DNA of 64,000 nucleotides from a virus, in the IMG/VR virus record IMGVR_UViG_3300028585_000003, positions 3,302 through 67,301 of that record. The stretch is one strand, 5' to 3'. The position numbers and the translations under genes are program-made. Positions 53,587 through 62,490 of this stretch are shown one piece after another (position 1 is the stretch's first letter; each line of letters starts with the position of its first letter). The notes under the pieces are model-generated. The model made no database searches. It was not told the DNA's origin and saw only the letters and a program-made list of their open reading frames with translations.

Positions 53587-56500
53587 TGGCAGTGATGCGC
53601 AGTCAGCCGCAAGGGCTGGCGCTACTCAATCGCAGCTACCTCGGGCGCTGTGTTGGCGCGATCTTTACCGCCACCAGTAAGGAAATCGGCGGCAGCGGTG
53701 CCGAAGTGGCGCTATACGGAAACCCAGCGGCAACGGTCGTGCCGGGGCATGGGCTCGCCCGCAAACTTATTGCTGCGAGTAGTCAATACGCGACCATCGC
53801 GCCGCCCGCCGATTTAATCGACTTCTCGCTGGAAACGCCCTTTGCCATTGTTTTCGCTTTCACCGCTGCATCGCTAGGGACGACGGCCCGCCTCTACAGC
53901 TATCGTCATGCGGCGAACAATACAGGGGTTCAGCTGGTGCTCGGCGGCGCTAGTTCGCGCCTTGGTTTCTGCCTTGGGAACTCGTCAGGGCAGGCACCGC
54001 AGGTCAACAGCAGGGAAGCGATTGAAGCGGGAAAGCCGTATGTGGTCGTTTGCGGGTGGGATGGCTCTGCCTACTTTCTATATGTCAACGGGAGTAAGCA
54101 GGCGGGATCGAGCATCGGCACGATTGTTACGACCAATCCAAGTATCGGCACCGAAATTTATATTGGCCGCCGCAACACTGGCACCAGCTACCTCGACGGT
54201 TCGGTATCGCTTTTCGCGCACATCAAGGGTCAGGTGGATGCGCTGTCGCTGTCGCTGAATCCGTGGCAAATATTCGATGAGCAGGGCAGCGAAGACGAGA
54301 TGTATGCCGCGCTGGCTGCCGTTGAAACGCCGCCGATGGCCCTGGTTGGCGCGCCCAGTACGCAAGGCAGCACCAGCGGCTCGGGCGCAATCATCCAGCG
54401 CCACGCGCTTGCGGGAGCGTCCAGCATGCAAGGCGCGAGCAGCCCCGGAGCAGCAGTGGTCCAGGCGCACGCCCTCATGGGCGCGGCTACTACCCAGGGC
54501 AGCACCAGCCCCGGCGCAGCCATCATCCAGGGGCACGCACTCGCGGGCGCGCCGTCGTGGCAAGGCAGCAGTTCGGGCACCGGAACCATCAGCGAGGAGC
54601 ACGTCGCCGCTGGCGCGCCGTCGTTCCAGTCCAGCACCAGCCCAGGTGGCGCGATCACCCAGGCGCACCAGCTCGCGGGCGCGCCCACCACCCAGGCCAG
54701 CACCAGCCCAGGCGGCGCACTGGAGACGCTTCGTCCGGCCGATGAGTCGGTGGGCGTGGGCGCGCCCACCGATCAGCCGAGCTGGTCGAGCGGCGGCGGG
54801 ATCGTGCAGGCGCATGTGCTCGCGGGTGCAGCTACCACGCAAGGCAGCACCAGCCCAGGCGCGGCCGCGCGGCAAACACACGTTCTGGCCGGTGCGCCGT
54901 CGTGGCAGTCCAGCAGCTCGGGCGCTGGCGCAATGGTCGAGCAACACGTCGCCATGGGTGCGCCGTCCTTCCAGTCCAGCACCAGCGGCAAGGGCGCGAT
55001 CCTTCAATGGCACCGCCTGCAAGGCGCAGGCACCACCCAGGGCAGCACCAGTCCAGGCGGTGCCATGAGCCAAACGATTGGCGGCGTGCCCCAGGCGGTT
55101 ATCGGTATTCGCATTACGCCGTCGGCCGTGGACCTGGACGGGCTCAATACCGTGATGTTCGAGGCCGACGTGGAAGTTACGGGCGGCGTGTCGCAGGCCG
55201 TGGTGTGGTCTGCCCTGTACGGAAAAATCCAGCCCGACGGCTTTTACACCGCCCCGCGCGCCATTGGCCGCGATCAGTTCGACGTTATTACGGCTCGCAG
55301 CGCCGCAGATAAATCGAAATCGGTTTCTGTGACCGTGCGAATCAAGGCCGGTCTGTTTAATTCGTGGGGCGTGCGCGAGCGGACGAAGCAAGAGCTGGAA
55401 ACGATGATCTGGCCCGAATTGAGTGACCCGACCGAAGCGCAGGCCGCATCGGGCAATTATCGCAAAGACCGTTTCTCGCTTTATGGGCTGCGAATTGCCA
55501 TCGAAAACCCGGCAAATTCGGTACGTTATTGGCGCGATAAGAATGGCACCAAGGGAAGTCAGACCATGACTTTCGCCTACGGATATTTGGTAGGAACACT
55601 GGGCAATGACGGCGACGAATTGGATTGTACGATAGGTCCAGCGCCATTAACTTCCGAGGTCGCTTACGTCGTAAATCAGTTTATTGATGGCAAATTCGAT
55701 GAGCACAAAATCATGCTCGGGTTTGCAAGCCAGTCGGAAGCCGAGGCGGGTTATTTGAGCAATTACGAGCGCGGCTGGAAGGGATTGCATAGCTGCCAGC
55801 CTTGCTCAATTACGCAACTTAAATGGTGGATTGCAAATAGCAATAAGTCGCGGCCACTGACAAACGATCTACTACCGTATGAAGGAAATGCAATGAATAA
55901 AGTCCTTTGGGACAGCGCCGATAAGCCGCGCAATTTGACGCTGGATCAGGTACTTTACGCCATCCGGGGAAGCGACGCGGCCGACGGCCTGTTGTTCGAC
56001 GCCGTAAGCATGGCTGACGTGCTGGGCGATGCCGACGCCGTGCTTACGCTCGACGCCCTGGTCGTCCCGTTCTCGCGCATCGAGCAGCGCATGGGCATCA
56101 TGCGCAAGGTGCTGGACCGCACCGGCAAGGCCGTGAAGGTGGCCGCCATGCAGGTATCGGACCCATTCACGCAGCGCGGCACCACCAACGTGGCCGTGAT
56201 CTACGAATTGACCGACGGCCAAACCGTGTCGGTGTTCTTCCACAACCCGGACGTGACGCCGAAGAAGATTCTCCCCGGCGACGATCTGGTTTCCTGGAAG
56301 TGGATGCTCAACAAAAAGGACATCACGATTGCCGTTGCGCCGGAAAAGGGTCGCGACCTGGAGCCGCGCATCGTCGCCGCCCGGATCATGCTGCTGGCCG
56401 AAAAAAACAGCGAGCGTTTCGCCAAAGCGAACACCAAGCGCGCCGAGCGCATGGACACCATCGCCAGCCTGCAAACTGAGCTGGACACGAAAAAAGCGAC

Positions 56501-57437
56501 TTTGGCCGACCTGGAGCAGCAGGTTGCCGCCGCCGAAGCTGCTGCTGGCACGCGCGACCCCGAGCCGCAGCCGAGCCCACAGCCAGACCCGCAGCCGGAC
56601 CCGGACCCACAGCCTGAGCCGCAACCGGACCCGCAGCCAGCGCCAGCGGCCGACCCTGAGTCGGAAACCTATCGCGAATACCTGATCTACCCTACCCGCG
56701 TGGGCGGCAATATTATGTTCGCGGTGCAGTCGGACGAGAATAAAGCCCTCGCCGCAGCCGGTGAGCGCACCATTGGCGGCGACACGCTGCACGCCACCAT
56801 TGAGCAGGCCCGCGCCGAGGTGGACCGCCTCATCATCAAGGCCGAGGCCGATGCGAAGTCAAACGCCGAATGGGAAGCGCGCCGCGCCGAAGAAGAAGCG
56901 AAGGCCGCCGCTATCCGCGCCGAGTTCGAGGACGTGGACGGCTTCGCCGACGGCTTGAGCCCGATGCAGAAGGAAAAAGTGCTGCAAGCGCTGAATACCG
57001 TCGTCCGCTACAAGGGGGAAGTTGTCACCCGAAAAGCGATTGTCCGCGCCAAGGTCGCCGAGGGCTGGAGCATGGGTGCCGACAAAGAAATGGGCCGCGT
57101 CTTGGAGCAAGCCGACGCAGTGCTGGGCACGAAGCAGCTCACGAAAACTGGCCTGGATTACGCCGCCTACCTCATTTCCAAGCGCCCGGCACCAGAGCCG
57201 CTCGATCTGGACGAGGCGACGACCACCACGGACGACGAGGAAGCCGCCGACGGCGATTTCCTGGCGCTGGCCGCAGAGGGCAAGGTGGACTTCTATGACA
57301 AGGCCGTGACCGACCGTCTCGCCGCCCTGGCGCGCAAGTACACCGACCCGGAAGGCGCTTACCTCGATATGATCGAGCGCGCCAAGACCGCCGCGAAGAA
57401 CTGGTTCATCGCTGAATTCAAAAAGCGGGTGGGCTGA
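53586..57437 (+). CDS. darA: Polyvalent fusion: LamG-like domain, 20-aa repeats, Ig-like, PPase-like domain, DarA N-terminal domain, PQPD linker, helical C-domain
   Basis: VCGWDGSAYFLYVNG (LamG); IENPANSVR-YGYLVGTLGNDGDELD (polyvalent PPase-like); ELTDGQTVSVFFHNPD-SWKWMLNKKDIT (DarA_N); internal RBS+ATG at 55893. Confidence 0.65.
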   Translation: MAVMRSQPQGLALLNRSYLGRCVGAIFTATSKEIGGSGAEVALYGNPAATVVPGHGLARKLIAASSQYATIAPPADLIDFSLETPFAIVFAFTAASLGTTARLYSYRHAANNTGVQLVLGGASSRLGFCLGNSSGQAPQVNSREAIEAGKPYVVVCGWDGSAYFLYVNGSKQAGSSIGTIVTTNPSIGTEIYIGRRNTGTSYLDGSVSLFAHIKGQVDALSLSLNPWQIFDEQGSEDEMYAALAAVETPPMALVGAPSTQGSTSGSGAIIQRHALAGASSMQGASSPGAAVVQAHALMGAATTQGSTSPGAAIIQGHALAGAPSWQGSSSGTGTISEEHVAAGAPSFQSSTSPGGAITQAHQLAGAPTTQASTSPGGALETLRPADESVGVGAPTDQPSWSSGGGIVQAHVLAGAATTQGSTSPGAAARQTHVLAGAPSWQSSSSGAGAMVEQHVAMGAPSFQSSTSGKGAILQWHRLQGAGTTQGSTSPGGAMSQTIGGVPQAVIGIRITPSAVDLDGLNTVMFEADVEVTGGVSQAVVWSALYGKIQPDGFYTAPRAIGRDQFDVITARSAADKSKSVSVTVRIKAGLFNSWGVRERTKQELETMIWPELSDPTEAQAASGNYRKDRFSLYGLRIAIENPANSVRYWRDKNGTKGSQTMTFAYGYLVGTLGNDGDELDCTIGPAPLTSEVAYVVNQFIDGKFDEHKIMLGFASQSEAEAGYLSNYERGWKGLHSCQPCSITQLKWWIANSNKSRPLTNDLLPYEGNAMNKVLWDSADKPRNLTLDQVLYAIRGSDAADGLLFDAVSMADVLGDADAVLTLDALVVPFSRIEQRMGIMRKVLDRTGKAVKVAAMQVSDPFTQRGTTNVAVIYELTDGQTVSVFFHNPDVTPKKILPGDDLVSWKWMLNKKDITIAVAPEKGRDLEPRIVAARIMLLAEKNSERFAKANTKRAERMDTIASLQTELDTKKATLADLEQQVAAAEAAAGTRDPEPQPSPQPDPQPDPDPQPEPQPDPQPAPAADPESETYREYLIYPTRVGGNIMFAVQSDENKALAAAGERTIGGDTLHATIEQARAEVDRLIIKAEADAKSNAEWEARRAEEEAKAAAIRAEFEDVDGFADGLSPMQKEKVLQALNTVVRYKGEVVTRKAIVRAKVAEGWSMGADKEMGRVLEQADAVLGTKQLTKTGLDYAAYLISKRPAPEPLDLDEATTTTDDEEAADGDFLALAAEGKVDFYDKAVTDRLAALARKYTDPEGAYLDMIERAKTAAKNWFIAEFKKRVG
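54340..55070 (+). repeat. About 11 tandem 20-aa repeats HxLxGAxxxQxSTSPGxAIxQ
   Basis: Seen in translation and as recurring AGCACCAGCCC at DNA level. Confidence 0.8.
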
Positions 57438-59326
57438 TGGATCAAGGGCAGCAAGAATACTTCGCCATCATCGGCGAAGGCGCGGCCCTGATGGGAAGCC
57501 TGGACGAGCAGTCGTCCGGGTTTTTCGATGGTCTGAACCGCCTGCGCGAAATCCTGGCGATGCTGGGCTATGCGTCCGCTGTCGGCCCGCTGAAATTCTC
57601 GCTCGCCGACAAGGCGGGCTCGCTGGAGGCGCTGTCGGGATACCTGAACAATGGCATCAATGTGCTGCCTGACGAGCTGGCGCTGTATGAGCTGATGACG
57701 GTGAGCGAGCTGACCCAGCTTGCTGGCGGCAGCACCAGCACGCTTGCCGAAGTAATTTGGGAGCGCCACAACGCGCTGAGCCAAAAAACGTCCAGTGATG
57801 GCGCGAAGGTGGCCGCATTCAACGCGCTGGCCGGGCGTGGGATCAAGCATGGCGTCGAGCAGTCCGACCTGGAGCAAATGATGGCCGACGCTGCCGCGCA
57901 TCTGGCAAAGAAGCCCGAGGACAGCGCGGAGTATGTCGAGGCGCGCGAAGCCTACCAGCGCATTTCTCGCGAACGGACGCAGGCGCTTGATGCGCTGGCA
58001 ACGTTGATCCGCGAGAACAGCGCCGAGGGGCTGGACGTAACCGAGCTGCTGGCAAAGCGTCTGGACCTGATGACCCGTACCGGCGACGAGCAGACCGCCG
58101 CGTGGCAGCGTTACAGCGACCTGCACGACGAATACAACCGCGACCGAGTGGATGGGCACAAGGCCATCTTCGAGGCGCGCGGGACTGCGATCCTCGCCAA
58201 GCTGGCCGAGGCGTCGCCGATCACGACCGAACAGGCGAATGCCTGGGCAAATGAGCAAGTCATCGACGCCAACGCCAAGGCCAAGCTGCGCAAGCTCGGC
58301 TACAAGCCGGAAGACGTGGTGCGCGATATGGCCGAGTTCTACCGCCTGACAGGCGGCAAGGCGTCGGCAATTCGCATCGGCATTGACGGCGGCAAGCGGG
58401 CGAACGCCGTGGGCATTACGGAGCGCCTGGGCGAAAAGGTCATCAACCTGGGCTCGCGCTTTACCAAGGTGACGCTGTTCCATGAGCTGGCGCACCACCT
58501 GGAGAACGATCCGATTGCCAAGGCGGCCGCGAACGGCTTCCTGTTAAAGCGCCGCGAGGACGACAGCGTGTACCGCCTGCGCGACCTGACCGGCAACAAG
58601 GGCTATGACGCCAGCGAGGTGGCCTACAAGGATCACTTCATGGATGCCTACGTCGGCAAGATTTACCCGAACGGCATTACTGAGGTCTGGTCCATGGGCG
58701 TGCAGTACCTCGCAAACCCGAAAGACGCGGCCATTCTGGCGGCGAAAGACCCGGAAATGCTCAACCTCATCACCGGCTACCTGAGCATGACCACCCCCCC
58801 TGCGATGCACGCCAAGCTCAACATGCACAAGAGCGCCATTGGTGAAATGCAGGAAAAGCGCCAGAGCGAAGAAACCCAGTACGAACGCGCCGTTGCATAT
58901 CTGGCGGCCCAGGCAGTGCTCACTAAAGACAACTGGTTTGCAGAGCTGGATCGGGGCAGCGAGATTTACAGGGTGCTCGACAGGCGGGCGCTTTCAAAAG
59001 CAAAAAAGGGGAATCCGGTTTATGTCGGGTCGCACGGAAAATTCCGTGTTTTCTCCGGGACGTATCGCAACCGCACTACGAGCCGGAACGCAAAAGGCTA
59101 CATGATTGTCGATGGTATTGACGATGCAGCGTGGAGCTTTAACAGCGACGACATATCGGCCGAGATTGTCCACGGCGACATCGAAAAGGTGCAGGCCGTA
59201 ATGGCGCTTGCGAAGCGCGATGGCACCGGACTATTCCTTGCAATCTGGAACTATTTCAGCAGCAGTACGGTGCGCGATCCGAAGAAAAACCTGATCGAAA
59301 CCGTCGGCGCGGAGAACCTACAATGA
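57437..59326 (+). CDS. Polyvalent protein with zincin-like metallopeptidase domain
   Basis: TLFHELAHHLE and downstream TEVWSMG. Confidence 0.7.
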   Translation: MDQGQQEYFAIIGEGAALMGSLDEQSSGFFDGLNRLREILAMLGYASAVGPLKFSLADKAGSLEALSGYLNNGINVLPDELALYELMTVSELTQLAGGSTSTLAEVIWERHNALSQKTSSDGAKVAAFNALAGRGIKHGVEQSDLEQMMADAAAHLAKKPEDSAEYVEAREAYQRISRERTQALDALATLIRENSAEGLDVTELLAKRLDLMTRTGDEQTAAWQRYSDLHDEYNRDRVDGHKAIFEARGTAILAKLAEASPITTEQANAWANEQVIDANAKAKLRKLGYKPEDVVRDMAEFYRLTGGKASAIRIGIDGGKRANAVGITERLGEKVINLGSRFTKVTLFHELAHHLENDPIAKAAANGFLLKRREDDSVYRLRDLTGNKGYDASEVAYKDHFMDAYVGKIYPNGITEVWSMGVQYLANPKDAAILAAKDPEMLNLITGYLSMTTPPAMHAKLNMHKSAIGEMQEKRQSEETQYERAVAYLAAQAVLTKDNWFAELDRGSEIYRVLDRRALSKAKKGNPVYVGSHGKFRVFSGTYRNRTTSRNAKGYMIVDGIDDAAWSFNSDDISAEIVHGDIEKVQAVMALAKRDGTGLFLAIWNYFSSSTVRDPKKNLIETVGAENLQ

Positions 59327-59964
59327 CCACGATTTATAAAGCCATGACGCCCTACGGGGCGTTTCAAGCCGAATGGGGCGAGGACGAAGATAGCCGCGTC
59401 GAATACACCGGCAGCGCCGATGCGATTGCATTTTTCCGGGACTTCCTGGAGCTGACGCCCATTTCGGGCATTGGCGGCGCGCGCATCCAGTTCGACACCC
59501 TGGAGCCAGCTGAGCTGTACGGCTTTTGCCAGTCCGAACAGTATGGAATTTCCGTTCTCCCCAGCGAGGACGACTTGATGGACGAAATGGAACGAAACGA
59601 AATGGAAATGACCCTGCTGGATGCCGTAGGCTCGGCCGAATCGTTTGAGCTGATCGGCGAGAGCGCGCAGATTTTCGGACGGCTGAGCGAGAGTGCCGAT
59701 ACCTTCTTCTCTGACCTGGACCGCCTGCGCGTCATCATGCAGGAGCTGGGCGGCGACGTGGCCGACCCAAGCGCCGAGGCGCGCGCCTACCTGCAAGCCG
59801 TGATCGACGGCCCTGGCCTGACCGCACCGATGCTGGCCGACGAGCTGGGGAAAATCCACGCGGCGCACGGTTCCGACGCCGGTATGCTCGCCCTGTTCAA
59901 ATCGGCCGTCACCGCGTATGCGCAGCACGCCATCGCGCAGGCGAACGAAGCACTCAAGGGATAA
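59323..59964 (+). CDS. Dar-cluster protein with shared helical modules
   Basis: Shares ELIGE-FFSDLDRLRVIMQELG with 57437 ORF and C-domain with 53586/59966 ORFs. Confidence 0.6.
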   Translation: MTTIYKAMTPYGAFQAEWGEDEDSRVEYTGSADAIAFFRDFLELTPISGIGGARIQFDTLEPAELYGFCQSEQYGISVLPSEDDLMDEMERNEMEMTLLDAVGSAESFELIGESAQIFGRLSESADTFFSDLDRLRVIMQELGGDVADPSAEARAYLQAVIDGPGLTAPMLADELGKIHAAHGSDAGMLALFKSAVTAYAQHAIAQANEALKG

Positions 59965-59965
59965 C

Positions 59966-62395
59966 ATGGAAGACACCAACACCGCGCCCGGCTCCTGGCT
60001 GGGCCACAGGCTCATCAACAAGGCCGCCGCCGAGGAACTGGGCGCATCCGTCCTGCCGTCCGATAAAGCCCTGGCGGGCCGCGTATGGCTCGCCCTGAGC
60101 GATGCCGACGGCGATCCGCTGTTCGTCGCCGGTATCGTCGTGGGCGTCAAATTCACCGCCGCCGCCGTCCTCTACTCGCTGGCCTTCCCGGTCGCGCCGC
60201 AGCCGCGCGAGGGCGAAACCATGTATGCGGTCGTGGATGATATCGCGTCCGGCCTGGTGCTGGCCGAGCTGCCCGACAGCGAAACCGTGTTCGATGCTGT
60301 GATGACCGAGGATGCGGCCGTGCTGATCCCGCGCGAGCCGCTGGTGGCGACCCCGGAACCGGCCGTGGTGCTGGATTCGGTGCTGGACCTGGGCCGCCTA
60401 CAGGGCGAGCTGACCGAGCGCGTCAGCACCCTGGAAAGCGCCCTGGCGACGGATGCCGACCCGATGTACACCCTGGGCGTGATCGGCGAAGTGGTAAGCC
60501 TGACCGCGCAGGTGCGGGCCGGTGTGCCTGCGCCAGTGGTCGAGGTGGACCCGACGGAGTGGCCGGGCTATGCCGAGGTGCTGCGCGACGAAGCCAAGGC
60601 GATCAAGTGGCAAGACCGTCTCGATTCGTTCTTCGGTGAGCGTGTCGTCGCCCTGCGCAAAGCCCTGCGCGCGCTGGGCTGGGAAGGCGAGCAATGGGGC
60701 GCGCTGACCAAGGCGGGCATCATCGCGCGCTTCGATTTCTGGCAAGTCGGCGCGGGGAAGAACGTCGTCGGCATGACCGTCAACGGCATTCAGGACGATC
60801 TGACCAAGAACGTGGACGAGCTGGCCGCCGCCATCGACGCCACCGCCGCCCTGCCCGTCGCGCCGGAAGCCCCGCACGCGAATGTCGCGCTGACCGGCGA
60901 CGAGCTGGGCCAGTTCGAGGACACGCCGGAAGGCGCGAAGGCGCTGCGCGAAGCGGCAAAGGCACACTTTACGGCCATGCTGGGCCAGTGGGTGCCCTGC
61001 CCTGCCCTGGGCAGCGACGTGGAGCTGCGCAAGAGCGGCATGAAGAAGGTATTGAGCCTGAGCGGCGACAAGCGCAAGCTCAAGCTGATCCCGGCCATCA
61101 AGCAGATGATCGGCGCGGCCGTGAAAGTGTCGCAGCAACAGACCTACGCGCCCGAGCGCGAGCAGAACATCGTGGCGTACCACCTCCTGCGCGCTACTGC
61201 CTCCCTGGCCGGGGAATCGCTGGCCGTGCGCTTCATCGTCAAGCAGGACGACAAGGGCGCGTTTCACTGGGATCACACGGTCCATGCGGCCGATGCCGTA
61301 TTCGATTCGGTGGCCGAAAAAGGAAAAGGGCCGGACGAATCCGACCCTTCCCCTACAGCTTCTTCCGACGGCAGGGCTGTACAGACTTCGCAGTCTATCG
61401 GAGCTACCCGCTTAGTGAGCTGCCTACTTGATTCGATTGTAGGCGAATCGGGCGAAGTGTTCAACCTGTTCATCGAAGGCGAAGCGCCTGAAGTCATCGC
61501 CGACGAGCCCGCCGCCCCATCCGAGCAGTTCAATACCTACCGCGCCTGGATCGAAAAAGAGCTGGCCGAAGGCAAGACCATCCCGACTGGAACGATGGAA
61601 GTCATTCGCATGGATACCCGCCTGGAAGATGGCGAAGCAGAGCAGCTCGCCGCTCTCGCTACCCAGGCACCCGCACCGCAGGAGAAGCAAAGCATGGAGC
61701 AACTCATCAAGATCGCAGCCGACTCGCTGGCGCAGCTGCGCCGGATCGACGTGTGGCGCGTCCTCAATTCCGCAGGCGAGCAGCGCGCCGAGCTGGCAAC
61801 CTTCATCGCCACCGGCCGCGCCGACCTGGTGCGCGAAGTCACCGACGTGATGGCCGAGGAATGGCCGGGCCTGGGCTGGTCGTTCGGTGCATCGGTCGAG
61901 CCTACCCCCGTCCCGAGCGGCAATGCCGAGCTGGAAGCGGCCGGGTTCAAGAATGTCAGCGGCAACGAATGGGCCAAAGGCGTGCAGCGCGAGAGCGGCA
62001 AGCTGAACCTCAACATTCGCGTGTTTGGCACCCCGGAGCAGTTCAAGCTGAAAAAGTCAGCATCGTTCACTGGCGGCATTAGCGGTTCGCCATCGCAGGA
62101 AGTCGGCACGTACACCTCTGCTGCGGACGCCGTTGCTGCCGCCCAGGCCGAGGCCGACGCGTTCCTGTCGCAAGCCGAGCCCGGCGAAACGAGCGAGCAG
62201 GAGCGCAATCCGGCGCGCGTGGGCGATATGGCGTTCCTGAACGGCGTCATTACGCACGGCGTCGATATGTGGGACGGCGGGCTGGCCGACAAGATCGAGG
62301 GCATGGCCGCCACCTACGAAAGCGACGCGGAAGTGATGGAGCTGGTGGGTCGCGCGATCAACTCCTACACCGATTTCATGCTGGCCGCAGCGTAA
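59966..62395 (+). CDS. Polyvalent protein with DarA_C-like and LPD3-like domains
   Basis: WQDRLDSFFGERVVALRKALRALGW; VELRKSGMKK-YHLL-VRFIVKQDDKG; AAGGGA RBS before ATG 59966. Confidence 0.55.
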   Translation: MEDTNTAPGSWLGHRLINKAAAEELGASVLPSDKALAGRVWLALSDADGDPLFVAGIVVGVKFTAAAVLYSLAFPVAPQPREGETMYAVVDDIASGLVLAELPDSETVFDAVMTEDAAVLIPREPLVATPEPAVVLDSVLDLGRLQGELTERVSTLESALATDADPMYTLGVIGEVVSLTAQVRAGVPAPVVEVDPTEWPGYAEVLRDEAKAIKWQDRLDSFFGERVVALRKALRALGWEGEQWGALTKAGIIARFDFWQVGAGKNVVGMTVNGIQDDLTKNVDELAAAIDATAALPVAPEAPHANVALTGDELGQFEDTPEGAKALREAAKAHFTAMLGQWVPCPALGSDVELRKSGMKKVLSLSGDKRKLKLIPAIKQMIGAAVKVSQQQTYAPEREQNIVAYHLLRATASLAGESLAVRFIVKQDDKGAFHWDHTVHAADAVFDSVAEKGKGPDESDPSPTASSDGRAVQTSQSIGATRLVSCLLDSIVGESGEVFNLFIEGEAPEVIADEPAAPSEQFNTYRAWIEKELAEGKTIPTGTMEVIRMDTRLEDGEAEQLAALATQAPAPQEKQSMEQLIKIAADSLAQLRRIDVWRVLNSAGEQRAELATFIATGRADLVREVTDVMAEEWPGLGWSFGASVEPTPVPSGNAELEAAGFKNVSGNEWAKGVQRESGKLNLNIRVFGTPEQFKLKKSASFTGGISGSPSQEVGTYTSAADAVAAAQAEADAFLSQAEPGETSEQERNPARVGDMAFLNGVITHGVDMWDGGLADKIEGMAATYESDAEVMELVGRAINSYTDFMLAAA

Positions 62396-62403
62396 GCGAC
62401 AGC

Positions 62404-62446
62404 TAGGAAAAGCCCCGGTTTTCGGGGAGTGGACGGGCAGCAAACT
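62404..62446 (+). promoter_or_regulatory. Candidate late promoter TAGGAAAA-N29-CAAACT
   Basis: Upstream of darB-like gene. Confidence 0.55.
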
Positions 62447-62490
62447 TTAGGGTGCGCTGCCCGTTTTTCCATTCCCGAACCGGACCCTTA

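Noticed and set aside
56565-56660. PQPD tandem repeats (also PAPAPA at 62680, GSVSTT at 46790)
   Set aside because: Ordinary coding linkers or fibre repeats, not non-coding arrays
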